The notes below the pieces were generated by a model. The model did no database searches. It was not told the DNA's origin and worked only from the letters and a program-made list of their open reading frames with translations. DNA of 62,339 nucleotides from Aliidongia sp. (lineage in GTDB: Bacteria > Pseudomonadota > Alphaproteobacteria > ATCC43930 > CGMCC-115725), in contig JBAVTK010000125.1 in NCBI GenBank assembly GCA_049696095.1, forward strand, positions 1 through 62,339, in the 5' to 3' direction. Below, piece by piece: positions 42,348 through 51,231 of the stretch; position 1 is the stretch's first letter; each line of letters begins with the position of its first letter. The translations under genes and the position numbers were made by a program.

Positions 42348-42621
42348 ACGAGCCGTATCCGAGGCCCATGCTGGTCGGTTTGGTTCGCGGTTCATGCTGC
42401 CTTGCTGATGTCGTATCTGCCGGTTTTACGAGAATTTCATAATTCCGGCTCTTTTCTTGTCTCGTATCTTTATGTTGCAGATGCTAACTATTTGTAGAAT
42501 AGAGTTGCCGGAAGTTTCGCCATGAGGGGTCGCGAGCACACGCCGGCCGGCCCCGCCCTGCCTTCAACCTTTGAACATCGGGGAGCATTGCGCTCTCCGC
42601 ACGACCCCGCTGGAGCCGACC

Positions 42622-43887
42622 ATGCATGACACGCCGCCCCCAGGCACGCCGATCTCGCATCGGAGCTCCGCGCTGCCGCGGCCGGTCCAGTGGTCGATCG
42701 TCGGCGCGGCGGCAGTAGCGGCCGTTTTGGCGCTGGTCCTGCTGCCGGCCTTGTCCGGCTTGGCATCGTCCAAACCGACAGCGCCACCCGCCGCTGCCGA
42801 ACCGCCTGGAACGTTCCGGCCGACCAAGGATCAACTGGCCGGCTTCAAGACTGCGCCCGTCGCATCGCAGTTATTTCGTACGGAACAAGTGACCGACGGC
42901 AATATCGCGATCGACGACGATCGAACCACCCCGGTCTTCTCACCCTATTCCGGCCGGGTCACGAAACTGATCGCCAAGCCCGGCGATGTCGTGAAGCAGG
43001 GGCAACCGCTCTTCGCCATCGAAGCGTCGGAATTCGTCCAGGCGCAGAATGATCTGATCGCCGCGGCCGCCGCCGTGAGCACGGCCAAGGCACAGTCGCA
43101 ACTGACTTCGGCGGCCGAAAAGCGCCAGCACGCTTTGTTCGATTCTCAGGCTGCGGCGCGCAAGGATTGGGAGCAGAGCCAGGCCGATCTGGCCGCAGCG
43201 CAAGCCGGATTACGCTCGGCCGAAATCGCCCTGGCCGCGGTGCATAACCGCTTGCGTATCCTCGGCAAGTCCGACAAGGAAATCGCGGCACTCGAAGCGG
43301 CCGGCAACGTCAATGCCGAATCGGTCGTCGTCTCGCCGATCGCCGGCACGGTCATCGCGCGCAAGGTCGGGCTCGGCCAATATATCCAGACCGGTGCCTC
43401 GGACCCAGTCTACTCGATCGGCGATCTCTCCACCGTCTGGCTGATCGCCAATGTGCGCGAAGCCGATGTGGCACTAGTCAAAACCGGCGAGCCAGTGGCG
43501 GTCCATGTGCTGGCCTATCCAGACAAGATTTTTCGCGCCAAACTGAGCTGGGTGGCACCCTCGGTCGATCCGAATACCCGCCGGATCCCGGTCCGCGCCG
43601 AGGTCGAGAATGAGGGCGGCGTTCTCATTCCTGAGATGTTCGCGACCTTCAGCATTAAGACCGGCGAGGATGTGACGGCACCGGGGATACCGCAATCCGC
43701 CATCATCTATGAAGGCGACAAAGCCCATGTCTGGGTGCTGCGCGACGACGCATTGATGGCGCTGCGCGAGATCCAGGCCGGGCGCGTCCAGGACGGGATC
43801 GTCGAGGTCAAAAGTGGGCTTGAACCCGGCGAGAAGATCGTCACCAGCGGCTCGCTGTTCATCGATCGGGCCGCCGACGGCAGCTGA
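42622..43887 (+). CDS. efflux RND transporter periplasmic adaptor (MFP, HlyD/CzcB-like)
   Basis: ATG at 42622 (GGAG 7 nt upstream). One N-terminal TM, a coiled-coil hairpin region and beta-barrel segments (VVSPIAGTVIARKV, GEPVAVHV). Lies immediately upstream of the RND pump. Confidence 0.85.
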   Translation: MHDTPPPGTPISHRSSALPRPVQWSIVGAAAVAAVLALVLLPALSGLASSKPTAPPAAAEPPGTFRPTKDQLAGFKTAPVASQLFRTEQVTDGNIAIDDDRTTPVFSPYSGRVTKLIAKPGDVVKQGQPLFAIEASEFVQAQNDLIAAAAAVSTAKAQSQLTSAAEKRQHALFDSQAAARKDWEQSQADLAAAQAGLRSAEIALAAVHNRLRILGKSDKEIAALEAAGNVNAESVVVSPIAGTVIARKVGLGQYIQTGASDPVYSIGDLSTVWLIANVREADVALVKTGEPVAVHVLAYPDKIFRAKLSWVAPSVDPNTRRIPVRAEVENEGGVLIPEMFATFSIKTGEDVTAPGIPQSAIIYEGDKAHVWVLRDDALMALREIQAGRVQDGIVEVKSGLEPGEKIVTSGSLFIDRAADGS

Positions 43888-43936
43888 GCGGCCCCCACGC
43901 CCCCTCTTTTTTTGAAGTCCTTGGAGAGTTGCCAAT

Positions 43937-46900
43937 ATGAACGGCATCGTCGCATTCGCCCTGAGGCAGCGTGTCCTCATGGTCATCCTGATGCTGTTCC
44001 TGTTTGGCGCGGGCCTGATCGGGTTCAGCAGGCTCAATATCGAGGCCTATCCCGACCCGGTGCCGCCACTGGTCGATATCGTGACGCAGAGCACCGGCCA
44101 ATCGGCCGAAGAGATCGAGCGCTACATCACGATCCCGATCGAAATTCAGATGGCCGGCATTCCGCATGTGACCAGCGTGCGGACCATCTCGCTATTCGGC
44201 TTGTCGGATGTGAAGGTGCAGTTCACTTACGATTTCACCTATGACGAGGCCGAACAGCGCGTAATCAACCGTTTATCGGAATTGCCGCCGCTGCCCAATG
44301 GCGCCCAGCCGCAAATCTCGCCGGAAAGCCCGATCGGTGAAATCTTCCGCTATCGCGTTGTCGGTCCGCCCGGCTATTCAGTCACCGACCTAAAGACCAT
44401 CGAAGACTGGATTCTGGAGCGGCGCTTCAAGGCGGTGCCCGGTGTGGTCGATGTCAATGGTTGGGGCGGTAAGACCAAGACCTATGACGTCACCATCGAT
44501 CTGGCCAAGCTCACCAGCTATGGGCTGACCCTGCCCCAGATCATCCAGGTGCTGAACAACAGCAACGTTAATGTCGGCGGGCAGACGGTGAATTTCGGGC
44601 CACAGGCGGCAGTCGTACGCGGCATCGGCCTGATCCATTCTATGGATGATATCCGCAACACCATGTTGACCTCGGCCAGCGGCTCGCCGGTGCTGGTGAG
44701 CGACGTCGCCACGATCAGCGTCGGCAACGCGCCGCGCCTCGGCATTGCCGGCCAGGATGGTGATGACGACATCGTCCAGGGCATCGTGCTGATGCGGCGC
44801 GGCGCCGAAAGCAAGCCGACCTTGCTCGGCGTCGAAGCCGAAATGGCGAGGATCAACCAAGAAGGCATCCTGCCGCCCGGCGTGCGCGTCGAGAAAATCT
44901 ATGACCGGACCGACCTGATCAACGTCACCACCGGTACGGTGCTGCACAATATGATCGTCGGCATCATCCTGATCTTCGCGGTGCAATGGCTGTTCCTGGG
45001 CAATCTCAGAAGTGCCCTCATCGTCGCCACGACCATTCCGTTCGCCCTATTCTTTGCGATTCTGATCCTGCTGATCCGCGGAGATTCGGCGAATCTGCTC
45101 TCCGTCGGCGCCATCGATTTCGGCCTCATCGTCGATGCCACGGTGATCATGGTGGAAAACATTTTCCGCCATCTGGTCGAGGCCGAGGCACATCGCTCCT
45201 CGGTCAATCCGCTTCAGTACCAGAAAATTCCACGCCGCCTTCAGCGCGTCTTCGCGCCCATCCTGAATGCCGCGACCGAGGTCAACCAGGCGATCTTCTT
45301 TTCGGCCGCGATCATCATCGCGGGCTTCCTGCCGCTGTTCACGTTGACCGGCGTCGAAGGCCATATTTTCGGCCCGATGGCCAAGACCTATGCCTATGCC
45401 ATCGCCGGCGGGCTGCTCGCGACTTTCACCGTGTCGCCGGCCTTGAGCGCCATCCTACTGCCCGACCGGGTGAGCGAGGTCGAAACCTTCCTTGTTCGGG
45501 GTTTGCGCGCAGCCTATGCGCCGGCGATCCGCTTTGCGCTGGAAAACCGGATCGTGACGCTGGGCATGGCCGGGGTGATCGGCATCGTCGCGATTTTCTT
45601 CGCCAGCACGCTCGGGCTCGAATTCCTGCCCAAGCTGGAGGAGGGCAATTTCTGGATCCGTGCGACCCTGCCGCCCTCGATTTCGCTGGAAGAAGGCAAT
45701 CGCTATGTCAATCGGATGCGCGAAGTGATCAAGCGCTACCCCGAGGTCATCACGGTCATCTCTCAGAATGGCCGGCCCGATGACGGCACCGATGCCACCG
45801 GCTTCTTCAACGCCGAATTCTATGTGCCGCTGAAGCCCTTCGGCGCGTGGCCCGTGGGCATCGACAAGGAAAGCCTGACTAAATCGGTCAATGATGCGCT
45901 GGAGGGCGAATTTCCCGGCGTCGAATTCAATTTCTCCCAGACGATCGAAGATAATGTCGAAGAAGCCGCTTCCGGTGTGAAGGGCGAGAACTCCATCAAG
46001 CTCTTTGGCAACAGCCTGGAAACGCTGGAAATGACCGCCGCCCGGATCAAAGAGGTGATGAGCAGCGTCCCCGGCATCGAGGATCTGGCCGTGCTCAACT
46101 CACTGGGGCAGCCAACCGTCCGGATCGATATCGATCGCGCGCGGGCGGCCCGCTATGGGCTGGCGCCGGGCGATATAAATGCCACGATCCAGGCCGCAAT
46201 CGGCGGCCAAGCCGCCGGCAATCTCTATGAAGACGGCAGCGATCGCAATTTTCCGATGATGGTGCGCCTGGCCCCGGAATATCGCCAGAGCCTGGACGCG
46301 ATCAACCGGATCGCCATCGGTGCCACCAACCCGGACGGCACCGGGATCGTGCCGATCCCGCTCGGCGATGTCGCCACGGTCAAATTTGTCTCGGGTGCCG
46401 CCTTCATCTATCGCGAACAGCAGGAACGCTATATCCCGATCAAATTCAGCGTGCGCGGTCGCGATCTCGGTGGCGCCGTGCAAGAAGCACAACAGAAAAT
46501 CGCCGAAAAAATCCAGATTCCCTCCGGTTACCGGCTCGAATGGGTCGGCGAATTCGGCCAGCTGCAAGGCGCGATCGAGCGGCTGGAGGTCGTCGTGCCG
46601 ATCAGCCTGATCCTGATCTGCGTGCTGCTTTATGTGAATTTTTCCTCGCTGACTGACATGCTGCTGGTGGCCAGCGTCATGCCGATGGCGCTGATCGGCG
46701 GCATTTTCGCGCTGTGCCTGACCGGCACGCCGTTCAGCGTCTCGGCCGCGATCGGTTTCATCGCGCTGTTCGGCATCGCGGCGATGGACGGCATCATCGT
46801 GCTCTCTTACTACAACAAGCTGATCCTCGAAGGTTGCGACCGCGCAAGTGCTATTCTGCAAGCCTGCGAAGTCCAGATGCGGCCGGTGGCGATGACCTGC

Positions 46901-47107
46901 ATCGCGGCTTGTGTCGGGCTGCTGCCGGCCGCGGTCTCGACCGGGATCGGCTCGCAGGTGCAAAAGCCGCTGGCTTTGGTCGTGGTCGGCGGCATCACCC
47001 TGGCCCCCGTGCTGATCCTCATCGTCTTTCCGGTGCTGATCGACCTGTTCTCGCGGCGCGGACGTGATGCCGAACTCTATGCTGCCGAACCCGAATTGGC
47101 TGAGTAA
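43937..47107 (+). CDS. RND efflux permease, CzcA/CusA (HME)-like
   Basis: 1056 aa with 12-TM RND architecture. N-terminus ...LNIEAYPDPVPPLVDIVTQSTGQSAEEIERYITIPIE. TM4 motif AIDFGLIVDATVIMVEN resembles the HME signature DFG..DGA..VEN. Confidence 0.85.
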   Translation: MNGIVAFALRQRVLMVILMLFLFGAGLIGFSRLNIEAYPDPVPPLVDIVTQSTGQSAEEIERYITIPIEIQMAGIPHVTSVRTISLFGLSDVKVQFTYDFTYDEAEQRVINRLSELPPLPNGAQPQISPESPIGEIFRYRVVGPPGYSVTDLKTIEDWILERRFKAVPGVVDVNGWGGKTKTYDVTIDLAKLTSYGLTLPQIIQVLNNSNVNVGGQTVNFGPQAAVVRGIGLIHSMDDIRNTMLTSASGSPVLVSDVATISVGNAPRLGIAGQDGDDDIVQGIVLMRRGAESKPTLLGVEAEMARINQEGILPPGVRVEKIYDRTDLINVTTGTVLHNMIVGIILIFAVQWLFLGNLRSALIVATTIPFALFFAILILLIRGDSANLLSVGAIDFGLIVDATVIMVENIFRHLVEAEAHRSSVNPLQYQKIPRRLQRVFAPILNAATEVNQAIFFSAAIIIAGFLPLFTLTGVEGHIFGPMAKTYAYAIAGGLLATFTVSPALSAILLPDRVSEVETFLVRGLRAAYAPAIRFALENRIVTLGMAGVIGIVAIFFASTLGLEFLPKLEEGNFWIRATLPPSISLEEGNRYVNRMREVIKRYPEVITVISQNGRPDDGTDATGFFNAEFYVPLKPFGAWPVGIDKESLTKSVNDALEGEFPGVEFNFSQTIEDNVEEAASGVKGENSIKLFGNSLETLEMTAARIKEVMSSVPGIEDLAVLNSLGQPTVRIDIDRARAARYGLAPGDINATIQAAIGGQAAGNLYEDGSDRNFPMMVRLAPEYRQSLDAINRIAIGATNPDGTGIVPIPLGDVATVKFVSGAAFIYREQQERYIPIKFSVRGRDLGGAVQEAQQKIAEKIQIPSGYRLEWVGEFGQLQGAIERLEVVVPISLILICVLLYVNFSSLTDMLLVASVMPMALIGGIFALCLTGTPFSVSAAIGFIALFGIAAMDGIIVLSYYNKLILEGCDRASAILQACEVQMRPVAMTCIAACVGLLPAAVSTGIGSQVQKPLALVVVGGITLAPVLILIVFPVLIDLFSRRGRDAELYAAEPELAE

Positions 47108-47110
47108 GCA

Positions 47111-48604
47111 ATGATGATGCCTCCGATGCCCCGCCCCGCCTTGGCTCTGCCCCTCGCCGCCCTGCTGGCGGCTTGCGCGGTCGGTCCGGATTTCGCGCCC
47201 CCGAAACCACCCGCAATCACCGGCTATACGGCGGAAAATCTGGCGCCCGAGACCGCCGCAGCCGCGACTCAAGGCGGCGATGCCCAGCATTTTGTCGAGG
47301 ACATGGACGTACCGGGTCAATGGTGGACCCTGTTCCATTCGGAACCGCTGAACGCGCTGATCGAACAATCGCTCAAAGCCAATCCTGAGATCAAGGGGGC
47401 GCAGGCGACCTTGCGGGGCGCGATCGAGAATCTCCGCGCCGAGCAAGGCGCGCTCTTTCCGCAGATTCAGGCATCGTTTACACCGCAACGCTTCAAAGAT
47501 GCCGGTCAAACCTCGCCGACATTGAACGTGCCGCAAAGCTACTTCAATCTTTACACCGCTCAGCTCAGCGTATCCTATCCGCTCGATATCTGGGGCGGCA
47601 CACGCCGCGCCGTCGAATCGGCGCGCGCCCAGGGCGAATCTCAGCGCTATCAACTCGAAGCCACCTACCTGACCTTAACCTCGAACGTCGTCGCCGCCGC
47701 GCTGCAAGAAGCCTCGCTGAAGGACCAGATCGCTGCCACCGAAAAAATAATTCAGATCGAGACCGAAGCGCTGACCTTGTTCAAGAAGCAATTGGCGCTT
47801 GGGCAAGTTGCCGGTGGCGACGTCGCGGCCCAGGAGGCAGCACTAGCCCAAGCCCAAACCGCTTTGCCGCCGCTGCGCAAGCAACTGGCCCAGCAGCGCG
47901 ACCTGCTGGCCGCCCTCGCCGGCCGTTTCCCGAGCGACCAGCCCGAACAGAGTTTCGATCTGGCGACCTTGGCCTTGACGACCGAATTGCCCGTGACACT
48001 TCCGGCGACACTGATCCGCAATCGGCCCGATATCCGCATTGCCGAAGAGGATCTCCACGCCGCCTCGGCACAAATCGGCGTTGCCATCGCGAATATGCTG
48101 CCCAATCTGACGCTGTCGGCGACAAACGGCACGACGGCGACCCAGCTTGGCCAATTATTCATGCCCGGCAATGGCTTCTGGACGCTTGGATCGAGCCTGA
48201 CCCAGACGGTCTTCGACGGTGGAACCTTGCTGGCACGCAAGCGCGCCGCCGATGCGGCGCTCGATCAAGCGATGGCGCAATATGAAAGCACGGTCTTGAC
48301 TGCCTTTCAGAATGTCGCGGACACGCTGCGCGCGCTGCAAGCCGATGCCGATGCGATGAAAGCCAGCCTCGCCGCCGAACAGGCCGCCGGCCGGAGTCTC
48401 GACATCGCCCGACGCCAATTGGCCTTGGGCTCGATCAGCTCTCTCGGTTTGCTGAATGCCGAACAGACCTATCAGCAAGCCGTCATCACCCTGATTCAGG
48501 CGCGCGCCGGTCGCTATGCCGACACAGCCGCCTTGTTTCAGGCCCTCGGCGGCGGTTGGTGGAACCGCCAGGATGATGCGCCCGACCTGCGAAAGGCGAC
48601 TTGA
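47111..48604 (+). CDS. RND efflux outer-membrane lipoprotein, NodT family
   Basis: 497 aa. Lipobox LLAAC, then AVGPDF, followed by two TolC-like repeat halves. Starts 4 nt after the RND gene. Confidence 0.88.
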   Translation: MMMPPMPRPALALPLAALLAACAVGPDFAPPKPPAITGYTAENLAPETAAAATQGGDAQHFVEDMDVPGQWWTLFHSEPLNALIEQSLKANPEIKGAQATLRGAIENLRAEQGALFPQIQASFTPQRFKDAGQTSPTLNVPQSYFNLYTAQLSVSYPLDIWGGTRRAVESARAQGESQRYQLEATYLTLTSNVVAAALQEASLKDQIAATEKIIQIETEALTLFKKQLALGQVAGGDVAAQEAALAQAQTALPPLRKQLAQQRDLLAALAGRFPSDQPEQSFDLATLALTTELPVTLPATLIRNRPDIRIAEEDLHAASAQIGVAIANMLPNLTLSATNGTTATQLGQLFMPGNGFWTLGSSLTQTVFDGGTLLARKRAADAALDQAMAQYESTVLTAFQNVADTLRALQADADAMKASLAAEQAAGRSLDIARRQLALGSISSLGLLNAEQTYQQAVITLIQARAGRYADTAALFQALGGGWWNRQDDAPDLRKAT

Positions 48605-48673
48605 TTCATCGCAGGCCCCCCGTTCGGGGCTTGGCTTTCGCGCCATGGGGCGCGTGCTCGCCTTGCTCGCGAT

Positions 48674-48710
48674 ACCAAATCTCGATGAGCCGCTCTCATC
48701 GAGATTTGGT
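48674..48710. terminator. perfect 16-bp inverted repeat between convergent genes (ACCAAATCTCGATGAG-5 nt-CTCATCGAGATTTGGT)
   Basis: Arms at 48674-48689 and 48695-48710. The structure ends 1 nt before the stop of the minus-strand gene. A smaller GCCCC/GGGGC hairpin lies at ~48612-48632, just after the OMF stop. Confidence 0.5.
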
Positions 48711-48711
48711 G

Positions 48712-49449
48712 TCAGCAACTATTCGGGGTCGGACAAGCTTGGCGCAGGCCAATGACCAACGCCCCCAGCCCGGATTGTGCCGAACGGGTCAGCGCCGCCA
48801 TCGCATCAGTGTTCTGCGCCGGGTTGTCCGTTGGCGCAGCCGCCGGCGTCGCCTGAGCGGCGGCCGGATTGCCGCCATTGGTCGTCGCGAGTTGGGTCAG
48901 CGCCCGGACCACGGTCGATGGCCGCTGTGCCCAGGCCGGTGGGCGCGATCGCTGCACTACCTCGTCGGCCTTGACCGGCGCGGCCAATGTCGGAGGATTG
49001 GCCGCGACGACCCGGTTGTTGGGTCGCAGCACGGCCGGAGTCGGCGTGGCGGTTTCTGGCTGGGGATGAAACAGACCGGTAATCAGCAGCGTCTTCGGCT
49101 GCCGCGCCGCACCCGGACTCGCCTCGGGCTTGAGCAGCACGATATAGCTATAGCCCTTGAGCAGCGTGTCCAGCATGGCCTCTGGGCCGCGATCCTCGGC
49201 CGGCCACGACGGCGCCTCGGTGCCCAGACGGTTCGCCCCGATCACCGCGAAATCGAAATGCTGCGCGACGAGTCCGACCGCATCCCGCAAATTCAGCGCT
49301 GCGGGGTCCGGGCTGGTGCTCGCGACGATCGCCGCCGGCGACACATCGTCCGCCGCCAAGGCAGGCACGCCGACCGTCAGCATGCCGCCGAGCAGGAAAC
49401 CTAAGACCCGTACGAGACCGCTCTGCCGTTTCATGATCGAGTCATCCAT
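48712..49449 (-). CDS. secreted hypothetical protein, Pro/Ala-rich C-terminal half
   Basis: Signal peptide (MDDSI)MKRQSGLVRVLGFLLGGMLTVGVPALA-AD. No family recognised. Start is either 49449 or 49434. Confidence 0.5.
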   Translation of the reverse strand: MDDSIMKRQSGLVRVLGFLLGGMLTVGVPALAADDVSPAAIVASTSPDPAALNLRDAVGLVAQHFDFAVIGANRLGTEAPSWPAEDRGPEAMLDTLLKGYSYIVLLKPEASPGAARQPKTLLITGLFHPQPETATPTPAVLRPNNRVVAANPPTLAAPVKADEVVQRSRPPAWAQRPSTVVRALTQLATTNGGNPAAAQATPAAAPTDNPAQNTDAMAALTRSAQSGLGALVIGLRQACPTPNSC

Positions 49450-49506
49450 CGTTACCGCCGCACGACGATGCCGGACGGCCCGTGATGGAGTCTACGCCTC
49501 TCGCCG

Positions 49507-50619
49507 GTGATTAGCTATCGCCCTCGCGGATACGGCACGTTTGCGCTATCAAAGGCCGCCGCGATTTTCCGCGGCTGCGTAACCGAGGTCGATGGCGTGG
49601 CGCAGATTTTCGCAAAGTTTCGATCGGACCTGATAAAGGGCATCCGCGCGGTCCATGATCGCCTGTCCTGGCATGCGGCCGCATTGCGTTCGCGCACGCC
49701 GCGCATCCGGCGGCGCTGGATCGGCGAACGCAATCTGGCGGACGCAAGAAAAGTCGCCGTGCTTGTGCATTATTCGCGGCGTGGCGGGTTTCTGCGCTAT
49801 TTCCGTTATCTGGTCGAGCAACTCGACCGTTGCGGTTTCACCGTCATCATCGTTTCGAACTCGCCGAAACTGGACCCCGACGGGATCACTTCCGTGCTAC
49901 CGCATTGCGCCTTGGTGCTGCATCGCCGCAATGTGGGTTACGACTTCGGAGCGTGGCGCGATGGGATCATGCAAATTCCCGATCTTGCCGCGCTCGATCA
50001 ATTGCTGATCACCAATGATAGCGTATTTGGCCCGCTCCAAGATCTAAATCAGATTCTAGTGCGGTGCGATCCCGATCAGGCCGATGTCTGGGGCATTACC
50101 GAAAGTTATGATACAAGATTTCACTTACAGAGCTATTTTATGTTATTTAACAATCCAGTTTTATGTTCGAAGAAATTCCAGAAATTCTGGAATACTATGC
50201 GTTATATTGAAAATAAGCGAGTCGTAATATTTCAATACGAAATCGGCCTCAGCCAATTGCTGGTCAAGCAAGGCTTCCGGGTGCGCGCCCTGCATCCCTA
50301 TCGACAATTGGTCGAAGCGGTTCTCGCCCACTCGATTTCGGCGACCGCGTCGGCTGGCCATCCTTTGCGCGATGGCTTTCTGGCCAATCTGCTTCAGAAC
50401 GTCAATGCCGGGAACCCGCTCAACCCGACGCATTATTTCTGGGAGTATCTGGTCACCAACCTCGAATGCCCTTTTATCAAGCGCGATCTGCTGGAAAAGA
50501 ACCCGGTCGGCATACCCTTCCTGGGCAATTGGCGCAACGCAATCGCCGGTGCCAGCAACTATCCGATAGAATTCATTGAGGAGTATTTACAGGAAGCCTC
50601 ACGAAACCGGGTGTTTTAA
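49507..50619 (+). CDS. RgpF-like (rhamnan synthesis protein F family) glycosyltransferase
   Basis: Contains VAVLVHYSRRGGFLRYFRYLVEQL...NVGYDFGAWRDG...ITNDSVFGP...HLQSYFMLF...CPFIKRDLL, matching my recollection of PF05045 motifs. The track start is GTG at 49507. An alternative GTG at 49597 has GAGG 8 nt upstream. Confidence 0.65.
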   Translation: MISYRPRGYGTFALSKAAAIFRGCVTEVDGVAQIFAKFRSDLIKGIRAVHDRLSWHAAALRSRTPRIRRRWIGERNLADARKVAVLVHYSRRGGFLRYFRYLVEQLDRCGFTVIIVSNSPKLDPDGITSVLPHCALVLHRRNVGYDFGAWRDGIMQIPDLAALDQLLITNDSVFGPLQDLNQILVRCDPDQADVWGITESYDTRFHLQSYFMLFNNPVLCSKKFQKFWNTMRYIENKRVVIFQYEIGLSQLLVKQGFRVRALHPYRQLVEAVLAHSISATASAGHPLRDGFLANLLQNVNAGNPLNPTHYFWEYLVTNLECPFIKRDLLEKNPVGIPFLGNWRNAIAGASNYPIEFIEEYLQEASRNRVF

Positions 50620-50708
50620 GCCCTGTCGCGTGAGGCTTTCGTATCGCGGTGGAGTAAAGCCCAACCGGTCGGCCGATGCGGTAATACACCGCTCGCGAGC
50701 CAGGACGG

Positions 50709-50906
50709 TTACAGCATGACGGTCAGCATCGCGCGGCTCTCCGGCGTCCATTGCCGGCGAATACGGGCCGCGACCTCGTCACGGTGGGACGGTTTAGGTG
50801 AGGGCGCGGGATCGGCGTGGAATGTCTTAACAAGATGCTCGATAACCGCTTGGTCCTCAGCCACCTGCCGAACGGGCGCGTCGACCAACCATGTTTGCTC
50901 GCTCAT
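50709..50906 (-). CDS. hypothetical 65-aa protein
   Basis: ATG at 50906 preceded by GGAGGAG with a 3-nt spacer (5 nt if the SD core is read as GGAGG). Product MSEQTWLVDAPVRQVAEDQAVIEHLVKTFH.... No family recognised. Adjacent to AT-rich DNA. Confidence 0.4.
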   Translation of the reverse strand: MSEQTWLVDAPVRQVAEDQAVIEHLVKTFHADPAPSPKPSHRDEVAARIRRQWTPESRAMLTVML

Positions 50907-51231
50907 CGTCTCCTCCGCAACACGAAGATTGACATCGGTGGTGACTGTAGCGCCAGCGGCCGACGATGCCAAGACTCAATCGCGACGCGGTTGTCTCCCA
51001 GAAATTCGTCAAATTATTATAATTACAAGAGCTTAATAGACATTTATATAACCCTAACGAACGAATCGTCGTATATTTGTCACAATAACATTCAGGAATT
51101 TCCGATCCCTACGCCAATATCGGTCTCGCCGACCCTATCGCCAGAAGCAAGACGTTCCATTGTGACTTGCAGTTGATCTGGGGCAAATCGCCGCATACAC
51201 CTGTTCCGCCATCGCCGGGCGGCGGGTTCGG

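Noticed and set aside
50817-51176. 119-aa plus-strand ORF through the AT-rich spacer (also 50716..51036 and 51167..51397)
   Set aside because: No SD and no motifs. It runs through the most AT-rich, promoter-like DNA and partly opposite the SD-preceded minus-strand small ORF.
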